A DNA stretch of 64,000 nt, taken from assembly GCF_006345805.1 (NCBI RefSeq), contig NC_043009.1, forward strand, positions 30,814,001 through 30,878,000, written 5' to 3'. This document shows positions 14,150-28,704 of this stretch, in pieces; position 1 is the first letter of the stretch; every line of letters starts with the position of its first letter. A program made the position numbers and the translations under genes. Source of the stretch: Octopus sinensis. Its lineage: Eukaryota. Under the pieces are notes generated by a model. The model did not search any database, was not told where the DNA came from, and saw nothing but the letters and a program-made list of their open reading frames with translations.

Positions 14150-14720
14150 ATTATAGCAATTGTCACCAGCAACTCAATTTTTCACGATTTCACCTTCATT
14201 ATTGCAGCGATCTAAATAATTTGCTATTATGTTAAACTGTCGTATATCCAAATTTGTCTAAATGTGTTCTTTTCAATATTTATTTTTGCTTGCAATGGTC
14301 AATTCTTTTGGTCAAACTATTGTATCTCTAGCTGCTTCAGATGCCAAAACATGAAAAATTATCAAAGTGTATTACAACGGTTTTGCTATGGAATACTAAA
14401 ACTATTCTTTCGTTTTCTTAAAAAACAACATTTTGGATTTACGACACTTTTGCATAATAACAACGAAATCATTGGCAGCATGCAATACGAATTTTTTTTG
14501 CAATACTCTAAGTTATTATGGATTCTGCTTCGCACAGAACTTACTAAACTCAAGTGTGTTGTGGATTATTTCGGATACAGAACCACGACTGTTTTGTATA
14601 ATATTTGCCATTTCATCAATAGATGTCCAGCCGAACCATTTTATGGATTTGTTCAATGTTGTCACCAGTACAGATGGTGATGAAAGTCTGGGTCGTTCTT
14701 CAAACATGACCCTTGTTTGA
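14150..14720 (-). mobile_element. Tc1/mariner transposase remnant (HTH region and start of catalytic domain)
   Basis: Minus frames EERPRLSS..TGDNIEQIHKMVRLD..SIDEMANII..SRGSVSEIIHNTLEFSKFCAK, then PKELT..YLDRCNNEGE..VAGD; resembles mariner GRP..RRITIDE..HEIIH..KVCARWVPK.LT..IVTGDETW. Confidence 0.6.
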
Positions 14721-15189
14721 ACTCTCGTTATTTCAGGGTTTTTTATGGGGTTTTTTCTCTAATACAGTATTTATCTGTGAAACTGTGTTATTATTCTGTG
14801 CGCCTAGCTGGATATCGTCCATGATACTGAATATGGTCGATAAACGCTGCTATTCTATAGACTAGACTCAAATCAGAGTCGAACAATGATGATGGTGATA
14901 ATTGACGTTGCGAATTCGAAGTTGCAGTGACAAGAGGAAAACCATGTGTAGCAAGGTGTGGCTAGAAGGGGGGGAGGCGAAAGAGAGAGAGATGAAGAGA
15001 GATTATGTCTCTTATGATACTAGACTGACTATGGGGAGGCCATGTCTAATGATACGTGGCTAAGCAGAGACTATGCCTTCTGTAAAACAATAGCAATTGG
15101 AGGGTAATAATGCCTAGTGATGTGCATCTAAATAAGTTTTGTGCCAGTAGGAGGAAAATATGTTCCAGATAATTAAGGAGTGATTCCAA

Positions 15190-15233
15190 TGTATGTATGT
15201 GTATGTATGTATTTATGTATGTATGTATGTATG

Positions 15234-15302
<69 letters not shown>

Positions 15303-15330
15303 GTCAAGATATTTATCTATCTATCTAACT
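15190..15330. repeat. compound (TATG)n-(TATC)n microsatellite
   Basis: Direct reading. Confidence 0.95.
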
Positions 15331-15647
15331 CTCTATCATACACACAGACCCAAATACACACATGCATATTCATATATGTGTGTATTTGTGTGTGTGTGTA
15401 TAATCAAATGATCTGAAAAGTAATACAAGAGAAAGACAGTCAAATTGCTATGTGCGAGTGTGTGTATGTGTCTGTATACATACACACACACACACACACA
15501 GACACACACAGACACACACACACACACACACACACACACATTCACACACACATATATATTTGGAGAGAGACTGATTTAGCTATAGACAGATCCGTGTCTG
15601 CATTCATATATACATACACATGCATATGCATCCAAATACATATATAA

Positions 15648-15682
<35 letters not shown>

Positions 15683-16710
15683 TATATTGTGTGTGTGTGT
15701 GTGTGTGTGTGTGATTTTAAGTACCGAATGTAACAGTGTGCAAGAACCATTTCAACAAAAATATGAGAAAAATGCCTGACATCAACCTTTTGATTAGTAA
15801 GTTCTTTCTCTCCTGACAAGAGTTACTGTCCACAAATGAGTAATTGTGGAGTCGAGGGTGGGTAAATGGACTGGTGCTCCATTATCTGTCCCTCTTAACA
15901 ATTTTTGACATTATCAGAGTATGCTAGCCAATTAATACACTCATTATTGCCCTGTACACCCAACACATCCCATTGACCTCTCAACTAACTCCCCCTCACA
16001 CTTACAACCATTCTTAGTATGCTTGTCTTTTGCATTAACTTAATTCTTTGAGCCTGTCTCCAAATGGTGTCTGGAATTATTCCGACATTGCAGTTTTTCA
16101 TTTAACCCAAAATTTGCCATTTTTTTTCTTTAAATTATTTCCTACATAAAACCTCTGATTATCGTCTTCTACTCCAACCTCCTCTGTTTCATTATTTTTT
16201 CACAGTCATTCTGATCATACGTCTTTTTGGTTTCATTTAATTTTATTTTCTGCCTATTATTTCATTCTTCCACTCGTCTCATTTACATGATTTCAATTCA
16301 ACACTGAAAGACTGTCGGATCATTGACCAAAATCAATAAACTGACTATCTATCAGAGATTGCATGCGCTATATTGTATTGGTATGATGTGTAGAAACCCT
16401 AAGGAGTTTCCAATTCTGTTTTACCACTTAGCTATGCACTACTTCCCTGCCCATGATCCCTAAACTTTTAATGGCACCAACTCAATTAATTGCAATAGTC
16501 ACAACAGGGGTTGGGAACCTAATGATGGCAGCGCAGTGAGTAGGGAGCGCGAAGCTAAACGTCTACTTTTGTAATAATTCTGTCGTTTTATCTTCAGTAA
16601 TGTTCTGGTATAAACTTCATATCATAAAGCGTATGTGAACACGCTACAAGACTAACTTATATTCGTGCACATATACACACATTAAAAATACATGAATGTA
16701 TAAAAGGATA

Positions 16711-16764
<54 letters not shown>

Positions 16765-17321
16765 TACATATATATATATATATAAATTAATACACACACA
16801 CATACATCTCACTACTTTTTTTATTATATGCATATATAAGGATATATCTGCATGTATATGTATGCGTATATGTGTGTGTATATATGTATGCATGTATGTG
16901 TTTATTTAAGTATATATGTATGTGTTTATGCATGTATGTATGCATGTATGCATGCATGCATGTATTTATGTGTGTATGTATGCATATACGTGTCTATGTA
17001 TGTATGTATGTATGTATGCATACAATCATTCGTTAGTTTTGTTTGAATGTCTCCTTGTATTTGATCCAAATCTCTATGCTCTGAGATCAAATTCCGCAGA
17101 GGTCCTTTCAGTGTGAATAAAATTTACTATTAATCCAAAGTGCTGGATTCATGGAACTGTAAATCAGTCAGACCGGACTCCTTGTAATATGAATTCTAGT
17201 TCTTGCATTTTGACAGCAAATCCCGCAATACGCTACATGGGAAACACAGATTTAATTTGCCGACCCGTCAAACACCACCACCCCACTTTGTGGATGTTTG
17301 TAACCAAGTAATTGTCTCTCA

Positions 17322-17540
17322 TAAGATGGCGAGCTATCAGAATCGTTAGTACACAGGACAAGATACTAAGAGCGGTATTTCATCCGTCTTTACATTTTCA
17401 GTTCAAATTTCACCAAGGTCGACTTCGCCTTTCATCCTTTCAAGGTCAATAAATTAAGTACCAGTTGAGTAATGGGGTCAATGTAATCAACTTCCCCGCT
17501 CCTCGTAATTGCTGGTCTTGTGCCAAATTTTGCAATTAAT
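17322..17540 (+). mobile_element. SINE family B copy with head
   Basis: TAAGATGGCGAGCTATCAGAATCGTTAG...AGTTCAAATTTCACCAAGGTCGACTTCGCCTTTCATCCTTTC. Confidence 0.85.
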
Positions 17541-17781
17541 ACTGTCTTTCATCAGGCGGTGGAAATAAAGGCGAGCGTCCTGTTAAGCCTACCAGTATAA
17601 AGCTATCGTTTGCTTAAAGCGTTTTGCTAACAATTCGACTTCATTATTTCACTTGTGCATAAATCTAGCGGACCTGGAGAGATGACTGTTAAAGTGGGCA
17701 TTGGCAGGATTTGAACACATGACTTTCAAAAGTTGGATGAGATACCTAAAAGAATTTTGAATGATGTACTAATACCTCAGC

Positions 17782-17907
17782 GAAGAAGAAGAAGAAGAAG
17801 AAGAAGAAGAAGAAGAAGAAGAAGAAGAAGAAGAAGAAGAAGAAGAAGAAGAAGAAGAAGAAGAAGAAAGAAGAAGAAGAAGCAGCAGCAGCAGCAGCAG
17901 CAGCAGC
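17782..17907. repeat. long (GAA)n tract running into (GCA)n
   Basis: About 30 GAA units then about 9 GCA units; source of the poly-R/K/Q pseudo-ORF at 17733-17921. Confidence 0.95.
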
Positions 17908-18265
17908 TAGGAAAGGACTAATTTAATTAGATTTTACATAGCAATGAAGTGGTAAATGAAAGCGAAATGATGACGATGAAGCTAATGTTTATGATGGAAA
18001 GTGAAAACGTGATGATGGTGTCTGACTACATCAATCTGATTACATAAAGTCAGGCTTAAGAAGGCTTCAAAGTGACTGTAATCAAAACCATCTCATGTTT
18101 GTGCTGTGGTAAATTTGTCCTTGACAAACCGGAGGCCATTACCAAACGTAACAAATCAACATTTTGCATGTATTGAGTAGTTATGCATACATGCATACAA
18201 TTATTGCACATACATGGTACGTGCATACATGTCTACATATGTCTATACATATGTGTATATATATA

Positions 18266-18370
<105 letters not shown>

Positions 18371-19645
18371 CGTATATACAGACATGTACACAAGATATAT
18401 ATGTCCATATAAAAACGTATATATATGCATATATGTTTATAATATATATGAACGTGTATATATATTTTTATTGTGATGAAGCTTACATACATTTGGCGTC
18501 TTGTTTAAGCATGGGGCAAAGCCAATGTACTTACCCGCTTGCCCTGAATATTAATTAATATATATATATATATGAATTACATTTTCAAATTTCTTTTTCA
18601 GTCGAATAAGAGATTATCAAACACAAAGATCTGTACACATATGCTTGCGCGTGTGCCTGTGTGAGCTAGTTCCGTTACAGAAATCACGTGATTGCATTCC
18701 TTGCAATATAGTTACAAAAACACAAGTGGAAGTATTGCTGATACTTTTCTGCAGAATCCTATCACTTTATTACAAGTTGTTGAAGAACTGTCTCTTGTGC
18801 TACCTGTAGGACCTTTTTCTTTTTGCATGCCTTAGTCTTGGGATAAAAAAAATACCTAACTCTATTCGAAATCCATGAAGAATACTTGCTCTAATGGTCA
18901 CAGCAATAAGAAGCTACAGATCAACATCTTGCATTCTTCTCCCACTCAGATACCTGTAAAATCAGTTGGGGAATTTAAATAGGTGAACAGACATACAGTT
19001 ATAAGCAAAAAACATCACAAATTATCTCCAAATTAGTGGCAGGGTGCAGAGATACAAGAAAAATAGTAATATTTCATTTATATAAATATTAAAACATAAA
19101 AACTACGTTAGAATTGTTACCTCAAATGCATCTAGTGTTCCCCATATTTTGAGTAATATATCCCTTCATGAAATTTTAAAATAAACTACAAGGAAAATTT
19201 ATATTTTTTTTAAATTCCTAGCTCTCTTTAATATACATAAACAGCTATTTTACATCAAATATTTTTATATAGTATTCAATTTCTTTATTCATTTTTCATC
19301 ATGTATGTAATCTTTCCATTCTATTGTAGCAAATTTATATTTTCTTGTTACATATATTCTACAATGATTCAAGCAAAGTAGATTTCTAAATGTGCGGTCA
19401 TATCCAGTGAAAGAGTCAACATGAGGAAGATGCTTCACAAAGATTGATACTTCTCTACCACGCGAAAATAACGTCTACATCACACAAAAAACTGTAGGTG
19501 ACTTTCAAATACTCAGAGAGATCGCAGTTAGTGGAGAAAGTATCAGTTGTGCATGAAGAAATCCTCTCCATTGAAAACAACTATCTGCTTATATACATTC
19601 ATACATACATACATACATACATACATACATACATACATACATACA

Positions 19646-19679
<34 letters not shown>

Positions 19680-20093
19680 AATACATATGTATGTAAATAT
19701 GTGAGTGTATATATGTATGTGTTTATGTTCAAGATTATAGTCTTTCATATATATTGTTATCTCCTTGCTATTGTTTCCTTTTTTCCCCACATCTCCACAT
19801 TTTTTTCAAGAGTGTTTCTGTGAGAAGACGCCATCTTGACGTCAAAATACATTGAAAAATTAAAATAATATGGTTTTATATACAATAAGGGTCACCATTT
19901 TTGTCTATTCCAGATTAAATTAGATTATAAATATTACTATAATATAATATTTTCGAAAATAGTTTATGTATTTTGTCTTAGAAAGGAAAAAAGAATCTCA
20001 AAAATATCGAATTAAAAAGAAACTCTTCACTATATCACAAGATACAACAAAAACAACAAATGCAACAATAACAGCAAATTAATTACAACAATA

Positions 20094-20154
<61 letters not shown>

Positions 20155-20155
<1 letters not shown>

Positions 20156-20310
20156 GCACTACGTTCTGAATTCGGATTCCACAGAGGTCAACTCTACATT
20201 TGATATTTTGGGGGTTAATAAAATATGTACCAGCTGAACTCTAGGATCGAATTAATCGACTTACACCCTCCTTTGAAATGACTGACATTCAGCCAAAATT
20301 TGAAATCAAT
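20155..20310 (+). mobile_element. SINE family B fragment next to (TTA)n
   Basis: Degenerate family B core; (TTA)n at 20094-20153. Confidence 0.7.
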
Positions 20311-20331
20311 ATTATTATTATTATAGTTATA

Positions 20332-20850
20332 GGCGCAGGCGTGGGTGAGTGGTAAGAAGTTTGCTTTCCCATCACATGGCTCTGGGTTCACTACCATTGC
20401 ATGACACTTTGAGCAGGTGTCTTCTACGATAGACTTGGGATGACAAAAGCCTTCTGAGTGGATTTGGTACACAGAAACTGAAAGAACATGTGTGTGCGTG
20501 CGCACGTATGTGTGTATGCCTATATGTCGTCATCATATATATGTATACATATGTATATATACATATACACATATATATATATATGTGTGTGTATATATAT
20601 ATATATATACACACACATATATGTGTATATGTATGTATTTAATAGTGTGTGTGTCTTTGTGTTTGCGTTTGTCCATCACCACCATTGACAACCAGTGTTA
20701 GTGTGTTTACGTTCCTGTAACTTAGCAGTTTGATAGGATAAAGACCAGGTATAAAAGCTGAAACAAGTAGTGGGGTCGATTCATTCAACTAAAATTTTTT
20801 AAGGTGGTACAGTAGCATGGCCACAGTCTAATGACTTAAACAACTAAAAA
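20332..20850 (+). mobile_element. SINE family A copy with expanded internal microsatellite
   Basis: Head GGCGCAGGCGTGGGTGAGTGGTAAG; tail ends TGACTTAAACAACTAAAA. Confidence 0.85.
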
Positions 20851-21139
20851 GATGAAAGATAGTTTTGGTTATCATTATTATTGAACACTGCCATTAATTG
20901 GAAGCAGAGCATTTTAGACAATTCCACAGACACATTACTTGACTCGTTTTTGAAATTGGTGACCTCACAACGATGAAAGGCATTAGCTATCCCCCGCAGG
21001 ATTTGAACACAAAACCTAATGAGAAGTGAGGGCATACAGTGCTTGCCAATTCATTCCCCACTCTACAGCTTCTGCTCAAATAGTTCCCAATTCCCTCCCA
21101 TTAATGACAGTAATAATAATTAAATAACACTGCTACTCC

Positions 21140-21174
21140 TACTACTACTACTAACGATGATGATGATGATGATG

Positions 21175-21256
<82 letters not shown>

Positions 21257-21720
21257 GTAATAGTAAGGATGAAAGGATGGTGATAATGTTTAATTTTTTT
21301 ATTCAAAATCAATATTGATGATTTTGTGATTAATTCACGTGACAGAAGTGACGATAACTAGAACTAAACCAATGAGATGATGATGATGATGATGACGATG
21401 ATGATACCGTAGTGTTAGTGAAGGAAGAGGATGAGGAGGAAGTAGAGGAGAAGAAGATGAAGATAATGACGACGAAGATGATGACGACGACAAATGATGA
21501 TTATGAAGACCACAACCATTTCGCTGTTTCAGTGGTGGAGATGATTGCAGAGATGCTTATAACAATAACATAAGTAGCAATACTAATACTACTAAGAAGA
21601 AGAAGAAGAAGAAGAAGAAGAAAAGAAAAAGAAGAAGAAAACAAAATCAACTATGACGACAAAAGCAATAATAATAATCATGTTTATTGTTGCTGTCGAT
21701 GCTATCATCATCATCATCAT
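21140..21720. repeat. low-complexity trinucleotide region (TAA, GAT, GAA)
   Basis: Mosaic of trinucleotide runs; no supported ORF. Confidence 0.85.
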
Positions 21721-22514
21721 CTTCACCAAATTATTATGATACTGATATCACATGGCAAATATTGCTGCTCTTAAGTTTTGCTTCATGAATGGTAACATCC
21801 AGGCATAAAAATTAAAGTTATCTCACATTTTACAGCCTCATATATCATGTAACTACTCATTCAATGTGATTAAACTTGTGTATATTTTGAAATCATCTTC
21901 AAAACAACTCCTGCCATAACACACCATTTACTTGTCATCAGGACAGCAAGCTAGCAGCGATAAACAACATGGAGTGTTGGCTTGGAGTTGAAAGAGCAAA
22001 AGATTGATAAATTTATCTGAATAAGCCACTAGCTGCCAGCTAAAAGTCATTTATAAGTTCTCTATAAATCCCAGCAACTACCAGCCCACTATATATATCT
22101 TTCTCTCTGTTATTGTTGAGATTATGAAGCAAGTTATCTAAAACCTGTGAATGCAGTGAACAATTTGATTTTAATTATTAAGATATGTCATTTCCAAAAT
22201 ATGATGACTAGTTATTCGATTGGTGCTGCTTGAAACTCAGAACCGTCCTGTGACAAATTACCATTCACCATGACCAAACTGACCTGTGAGCAAACACAAT
22301 TACAGTTTGGTGTAAATTTGAATGGAAGTTATAGACGATCATTTTGAGATGAGTAGAGGTGGATGTACTTTAGAATGAAGTGTAAGCTTAGTGAGGAGTG
22401 ATAAATTAGATGATCTGCGAATCAACTGTACGTAACTCAGTATAGTAAAAATTGGCAACAAAATCACTGCTTTTTACTGAGTTCAATATAATTAGAAACT
22501 GTATACTATATTAC

Positions 22515-22715
22515 TCTTTTTACTTGTTTCAGTCAATTGAATGCGGCGATGCTGGAGCACTGCCTTTTGTTGAACAAATCGATCCCAGGAATTATTCTTT
22601 GTAAGCCTAGTACTTATGCTATCGGTCTATTTTGCCAAACCACTAAGTTATGGGGACGTAAACACACCAGCAATGGTTGTCAAGCGATGTTGGGGGAACA
22701 AACACAGACACGCAA

Positions 22716-22808
<93 letters not shown>

Positions 22809-22955
22809 GCTCCTTTCAGTTTACATCAACCAAATCCGCTCACAAGGCTTTGGTTGGCCTGAGGCTATAGTAGAAGATACTTGCCCAAGGTGCCACGCAG
22901 AGGAACTGAACCCGGAACCATGTGGTTGGTAAGCAAGCTACTTACCACACACCCA
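22515..22955 (-). mobile_element. SINE family A copy
   Basis: Tail, (CA)n(TA)n centre and head all present. Confidence 0.9.
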
Positions 22956-23383
22956 TGACATTACTGAAAGACATTACTTTCAGCTTTCATCTAAACTTTA
23001 TATATAGAAAGTAAAAACTGGCCTCCTTTATGTTAAAAAGTCGAAATCAATGAGCACAAATTCTATTCAGGTCAACTCTATTTTCCATCCGCCTGGAGGC
23101 CGATAAAATAAAATACCAGTCATATAACGATGGCACATAACCAAGTCGTTCTGGTGTTGCATATACGCTCAGCAGAATGTTGGTTCGATTCTTAGACTGG
23201 GTAGCAAGTTGTATTCTTGAGCAAAACACTATATTTATCGTTGCTCTAGTGATGTGTGAGGATTAGTGCAGCAAATAACAGACCCAAAGTTTTTTCTGTG
23301 TGTCGTAAAAGGTGACTGAAAGGGGTTGCGGTAGGATTTGTACTCTGGCATAGTAAAACTACCACCATCACCACCACCACTAC

Positions 23384-23685
23384 AGGCGCAGGAGTGGCTG
23401 TGTGGTAAGTAGCTTGCTAACCAACCTCATGGTTCCGGGTTCAGTCCCACTGCGTAGCACCTTGGGCAAGTATCTTCTGCTATAGCCCCGGGCCGACCAA
23501 TGCCTTGTGAGTGAATTTGGTAGACGGAAACTGAAAGAAGCCTGTCGTATATATGTATATATATATATATATGTTTGCGTATATGTTTGTGTGTCTGTGT
23601 TTGTCTCCCTAGCATTGCTTGACAACCGATGCTGGTGTGTTTAACAGACCGATAGAATAAGTACTGGGCTTACAAAGAGTAAGTA
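23384..23685 (+). mobile_element. SINE family A copy (3' truncated)
   Basis: AGGCGCAGGAGTGGCTGTGTGGTAAGTAGCTTGCTAACCAACC...GGGTTCAGTCCCACTGCG. Confidence 0.9.
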
Positions 23686-24060
23686 AACGATTCTGCCAGC
23701 TCACCACTTAACCTAGAGAGTTATATTGAAAAACATTGAATTAATGCTGTGTAACATTTAAAATACCTCAGTCGGAGAGATTTGATGAAAAAGCAGTTTA
23801 AATCACTTTTCATTTTATATTTTTCATTCTATTATCAAATATTCACAAAGAGATAAAAGCGTGAGATACACTCCTGTTTTAAGTGGTAGAATAACGACAG
23901 TTGAATATTACTCAAACCATATCCTATGGTTAGATGAACGGAACTCCAAAAACAATATACTTTTAGATACATCGTGTATGAAAACAAACGAAGCATCATA
24001 GTTGCAATGTCTTAGATTATAACACTTTTTGACGAGGGATGGAGTGAGACAAAGCTATAT

Positions 24061-24115
<55 letters not shown>

Positions 24116-24330
24116 CATGCTTTTCTATGGACGATCTTTTCCTTCCAACATTTTCTCCTCTAGACTTTTGCTCAAAACATCATTTCTATTCTTATTTTTC
24201 CATGTAAAACTTTTGATCATGTACGAATAATTGACTATGGTTTTTCTTTCCTGTTTTATGGTTCCGTGGTTTGCCTATATATAACACACATATATACATC
24301 CTAAATTTTATATATATATATATATAAAAA

Positions 24331-24502
24331 ATTTTTCCTCCGTCTTCCCTTCATTGGATCTTTCCTTTTCCTATGTTTCTGACGAAACGTTAAACCCTCC
24401 TTCTTTCTTTCTTTCTTTCCTGAGCGTCCAGTAATACTATACTTGATCCACGTCCTCGCGTTGTTGTGTTTTCTCTTTGTGTTTTTATGTTTGTATTAAC
24501 TT
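24331..24502 (+). mobile_element. PLE-terminal-repeat-like family 2 copy with collapsed hammerhead motif
   Basis: Homologous to the reverse complement of 32555-32745; contains ATGTTT-CTGACGAAACGTT-AAAC, lacking the stem II segment seen in the other copy. Confidence 0.7.
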
Positions 24503-25585
24503 TATATATATATATATATATAATTTAGGATAGCACAAAGGTTCTGTCGAAAGGCATAGAAAACTAACTGTTGGCCTGGTTGTGCTGGTGGATCACTGCA
24601 CACTCACGACAGATGGTAAATCTTTTCCTACTGCTTCAAACTTTAAACTTCACATTCAGAAATAAACAAAAACCATAATGTTGAAGTCGTATAACGAATA
24701 TAGCAGAAGCTTTATATATTTATATTTATACCAGAGTTGTAAATTCAGTGCAACAATTCGAATTTGAACATCAATACAGATATTTCCTTATTTCATATGA
24801 AATACTGAACTCACCACAAGTGCACACACACACACGCACACACACATATATATATATATAGGGAGACAAAGAGATGTATGTATGCATATATGTGTAAGCG
24901 TATATGTATTGAGCTCAATATTTCATAATTGTTGTAGTCTGTAATATATATATATATTTTATGGTTACAGCAGCATTGAATTATTTACCATGGGTCAGAA
25001 GATTTTCCAGTTGAAAATAAGGACACCTACTTGGTGAATATATTAGAGACATATGTTAAATTTTGTCAATGCAGCAAAACATATCAGACGAATAAAATAA
25101 GAAAAACAATCATGACAGTTTCGTAAAAAATAACAAAATAAAAACTATCAAAAATCTAGAAAAACACATGCACACGAATACATATATATCATACATATGT
25201 GTGTGTATACCTACCTACATATAATATATATAATATCTTAAATATACATATGCACACACACACACACACACATACACACATATATATATATATATATGTT
25301 GAATCATTCAATGGGATATTGATAGGAGAAAGAATTCAACAGAATTATATTTTGTTTATTTATGGTCTGTTATTTTGCTTTTTTTTTTACTCTACACACA
25401 ACAGTTCTACCAGGCAAACCCCCTAGGAATAAATTTCTGAATTTCATTCAAGATTTCTTTAGTTAATATGAACAAAGAAGTAAAGATAGATGAGACGAGA
25501 TAGCACATTATGCATCTATGGGTGTCTTGAGCTGATAAATCATCTATCATAAAGCAAGCATTGCATTTTTTGCATATGTTAGTGT

Positions 25586-25621
<36 letters not shown>

Positions 25622-25874
25622 TGTCTGTGTTTGTGAGCGTAATTCACAGGTTGTATGTGCAGACAGACCACAATGAAATATAAATAAAAATAACATTAAG
25701 AAAATATATAAAAGTAAAAAAAAGAATGATTATACAGAGGAAGGCATAAAAAGTTGACATAGGCGTAGGTTATGATACAATAATGAAAAACAGAAATGAA
25801 TAAATAAAATAAAATAAGAGTAGGAACAAGAAGAATAACTATAACAGTTCAAGAGCTGCTAAATTTCTATCAAA

Positions 25875-25930
25875 ATTTTATTTTCATCATATTTCGGCCA
25901 AAACGGTATGTATATATATATGTGTGTGTG

Positions 25931-25968
<38 letters not shown>

Positions 25969-26142
25969 TGTGTGTGTGTGTGTGTGTGGTGTGTATGTGT
26001 GTGTGTGTATATATGTGTGCAAATGTATATGTACATTGGCTTTTATGCATACACGCACATATTCATATTTGGATGTATATTTGTTTCTATGTACACAGAT
26101 ATATGCTGAACCTTTTTGGCCGAAATATGATGAAAATAAAAT
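25875..26142. repeat. 33-bp inverted repeats flanking a (TG)n-rich interior (MITE-like)
   Basis: ATTTTATTTTCATCATATTTCGGCCAAAACGGT (25875-25907) versus its reverse complement at 26110-26142, one mismatch. Confidence 0.8.
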
Positions 26143-26759
26143 ATATATATATCTTAATGTACGTCGACATCTGAAACTATGCGACAATCACCAGAACTAA
26201 GTTCAGATCAGCCCACAGTCCCGGACTGGCAGGAGCCGTTCAGCAATGCTGCTAGTTCTAGTAGTATCTGAACGCCTTGGCATTTTCAAGCATGTTGGAG
26301 ATGGGTCTTTCCTTTCTTAATACAATTATATACATGTATATATAATTATTAATTTAATGTATAACTTACTTATAAATTTTTATTGCATGCTGACTACCTG
26401 CTAAAAATCACTAACGTGGTTTTATCCTTATATTCTAGTATAAATTTATATGTATATATATTACGGAGATGTACTTGCATAGCAAATGACTTGATCTGAG
26501 ATCGTGTGCTGAAACAAAAACAATTGCAGCGTGGAAGATGTTTATAAGCCATTTAAGAACACACACAAAAATTGTTAGATTCACTTCGACATTTGAATTT
26601 AATTTGTAACAAGATATTTTCGTTGCTTTGAAACTGCAACCTATTCACTGACAAAATTTCGTGCTGCAGTACAAAATTTTGTCATATTAAATGGTCATTA
26701 TATATATATCCACATAGAAACAAATATTAAAGTATACATATATATTCATACCTATATAT

Positions 26760-26962
26760 TCTTTTATTTGTTTCAGTCATTTGGCTGCAGCCATGCTGGA
26801 GCACTGCCTTTAGTTGAACATATTGACCCCAGGACTTATTCTTTGTAAGCCTAGTACTCAGTTTATTGCTCTCTTTTGCCAAACCGCTAAGTTACGGGGA
26901 TGTAAACACACCAACATCGGTTGTCAGGTGATGGTGGCGTGACAAACACAGACACAAAACAT

Positions 26963-27016
<54 letters not shown>

Positions 27017-27175
27017 GACAGGCTCCTTTCAGTTTCCATATACCAAATCCACTCACAAGGCTTTGGTTGACCGAGGCTATAGTGGAAAACACTTGCCCAA
27101 GGTACCACGCAGTGGGACTGAACCCGGAAAAAATGTGGTTGGCAAGTAAGCTACTTACCACACAGCCACTCCTGG
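26760..27175 (-). mobile_element. SINE family A copy
   Basis: Tail, (TA)n centre and head all recognisable. Confidence 0.9.
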
Positions 27176-27190
27176 GCTATATATACATAC

Positions 27191-27239
<49 letters not shown>

Positions 27240-27747
27240 ATATATATATATATATATATATATATTAATATATATAGATATATATATATCATAATCTTTA
27301 CCTAATGAATATCAAGACAACTTTCTAGATGAATCTCAATGATTGTATGTAGCCAGAGAGAGATACAGAAAGTTAACAAAGAAAACGAGAAAGAACCATA
27401 GAAAGTATGAAAGATAAGGTGAGATAAGTAAAGTATACAAGGCGAAAAAGAAGTAATATCATAACACCGCGAGATAATCGCATAGAATTTCTATAATTTC
27501 AAAGAAATATCAATAAAACTAGTTGTATGTATTTGGAATTTATTGGGAATCTTTCTTGTGGCGATTGTTAGTTTGTTAAATTGCTAAATTAAAATATTTT
27601 TTGTTATTCATCACTGAAAAGAATGAATTAAAGCGCACTCAGTATACTATTTCACTCAAATGTCGTCATTAAATTATAATTCCAGTCATGTATGTATGCA
27701 GGCATATATGTGTCTGTGTGTATATGTATATATGTAGATGTATATAT

Positions 27748-27801
<54 letters not shown>

Positions 27802-27847
27802 ATATGATAGATAGATACATACATACATACATACATACATACATACA

Positions 27848-27880
<33 letters not shown>

Positions 27881-27885
27881 GTATA

Positions 27886-28223
27886 TGTGAAGGTGCATAG
27901 CTCAGTGGTAAGAGCGTTGATCTTACGACCGTAAGGTTGAGAGTTTGAATCCTGGACTGGGCTGCATGTTGTGTTCTTGAGCAAGACACTTTATTTCACG
28001 TTGCTCCAGTTCACTCAGCTGTAGAAATTAGTTGCAACGACACTAGTTCCAAGTTGTATCGGCATTTACCTTTCCTTTGGATAACATCGGTGGCGTGGAG
28101 AGAAGAGGTTGGTATGCATAGGCGATTGCTGGTCTTTCATAAACAACCTTGCCCGGACTTGTGCCTTGGAGGGTAACTTTCTATGTGCAATCCCATGGTC
28201 ATTCGTGACAGAAGGGGGATCTC

Positions 28224-28225
<2 letters not shown>
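27886..28225 (+). mobile_element. tRNA-derived SINE family D
   Basis: GGTGCATAGCTCAGTGGTAAGAGCG...GAGTTTGAATCC head followed by GTGTTCTTGAGCAAGACACTTTATTTCACGTTGCTCCAGTTCACTCAGCTG; fragments of the same core at about 11750 and 23210. Confidence 0.8.
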
Positions 28226-28268
<43 letters not shown>

Positions 28269-28283
28269 GTGTGTGTGTGTGTG

Positions 28284-28327
<44 letters not shown>

Positions 28328-28704
28328 ATGGGTACAATTAAGGTTGGGGCTTCTTTCGCTTCCTTCTGAAGACACCATTGAATGCTCTACGTTGAAGAGT
28401 GACTGAATAAATCACAAACCGCACTGTTAATGTTACTGGTTTGGTTGCACTGAGTATCTGATGTGCCCTCAAATTAGAAGACTCTCACTTCTTGCTTTCT
28501 TCTAAGATCACCTGATGTAATTGGTCATGCTACAGCTCCAAAACTAACTGTCTTAATATTTTCATAAAAATGTATTATGCCAATATTTGTTTCCATAATA
28601 TTTTCTATGTCCTTGAACTCTGTTTCATATTCCTCATTCCGACAAATGCTCTGCTTCTAAATTTTCGTGTAGCTGAGTATTTATTGATCCCACTGAAGAT
28701 AATA

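Noticed and set aside
24529-24620. Possible exon ending in ATG|GTAAAT
   Set aside because: Weak acceptor and stop codons in all three frames.
27886-27960. tRNA-like sequences here and at 808, 28957 and 47433 as real tRNA genes
   Set aside because: They lack a complete cloverleaf/acceptor stem and continue into repeated SINE bodies.
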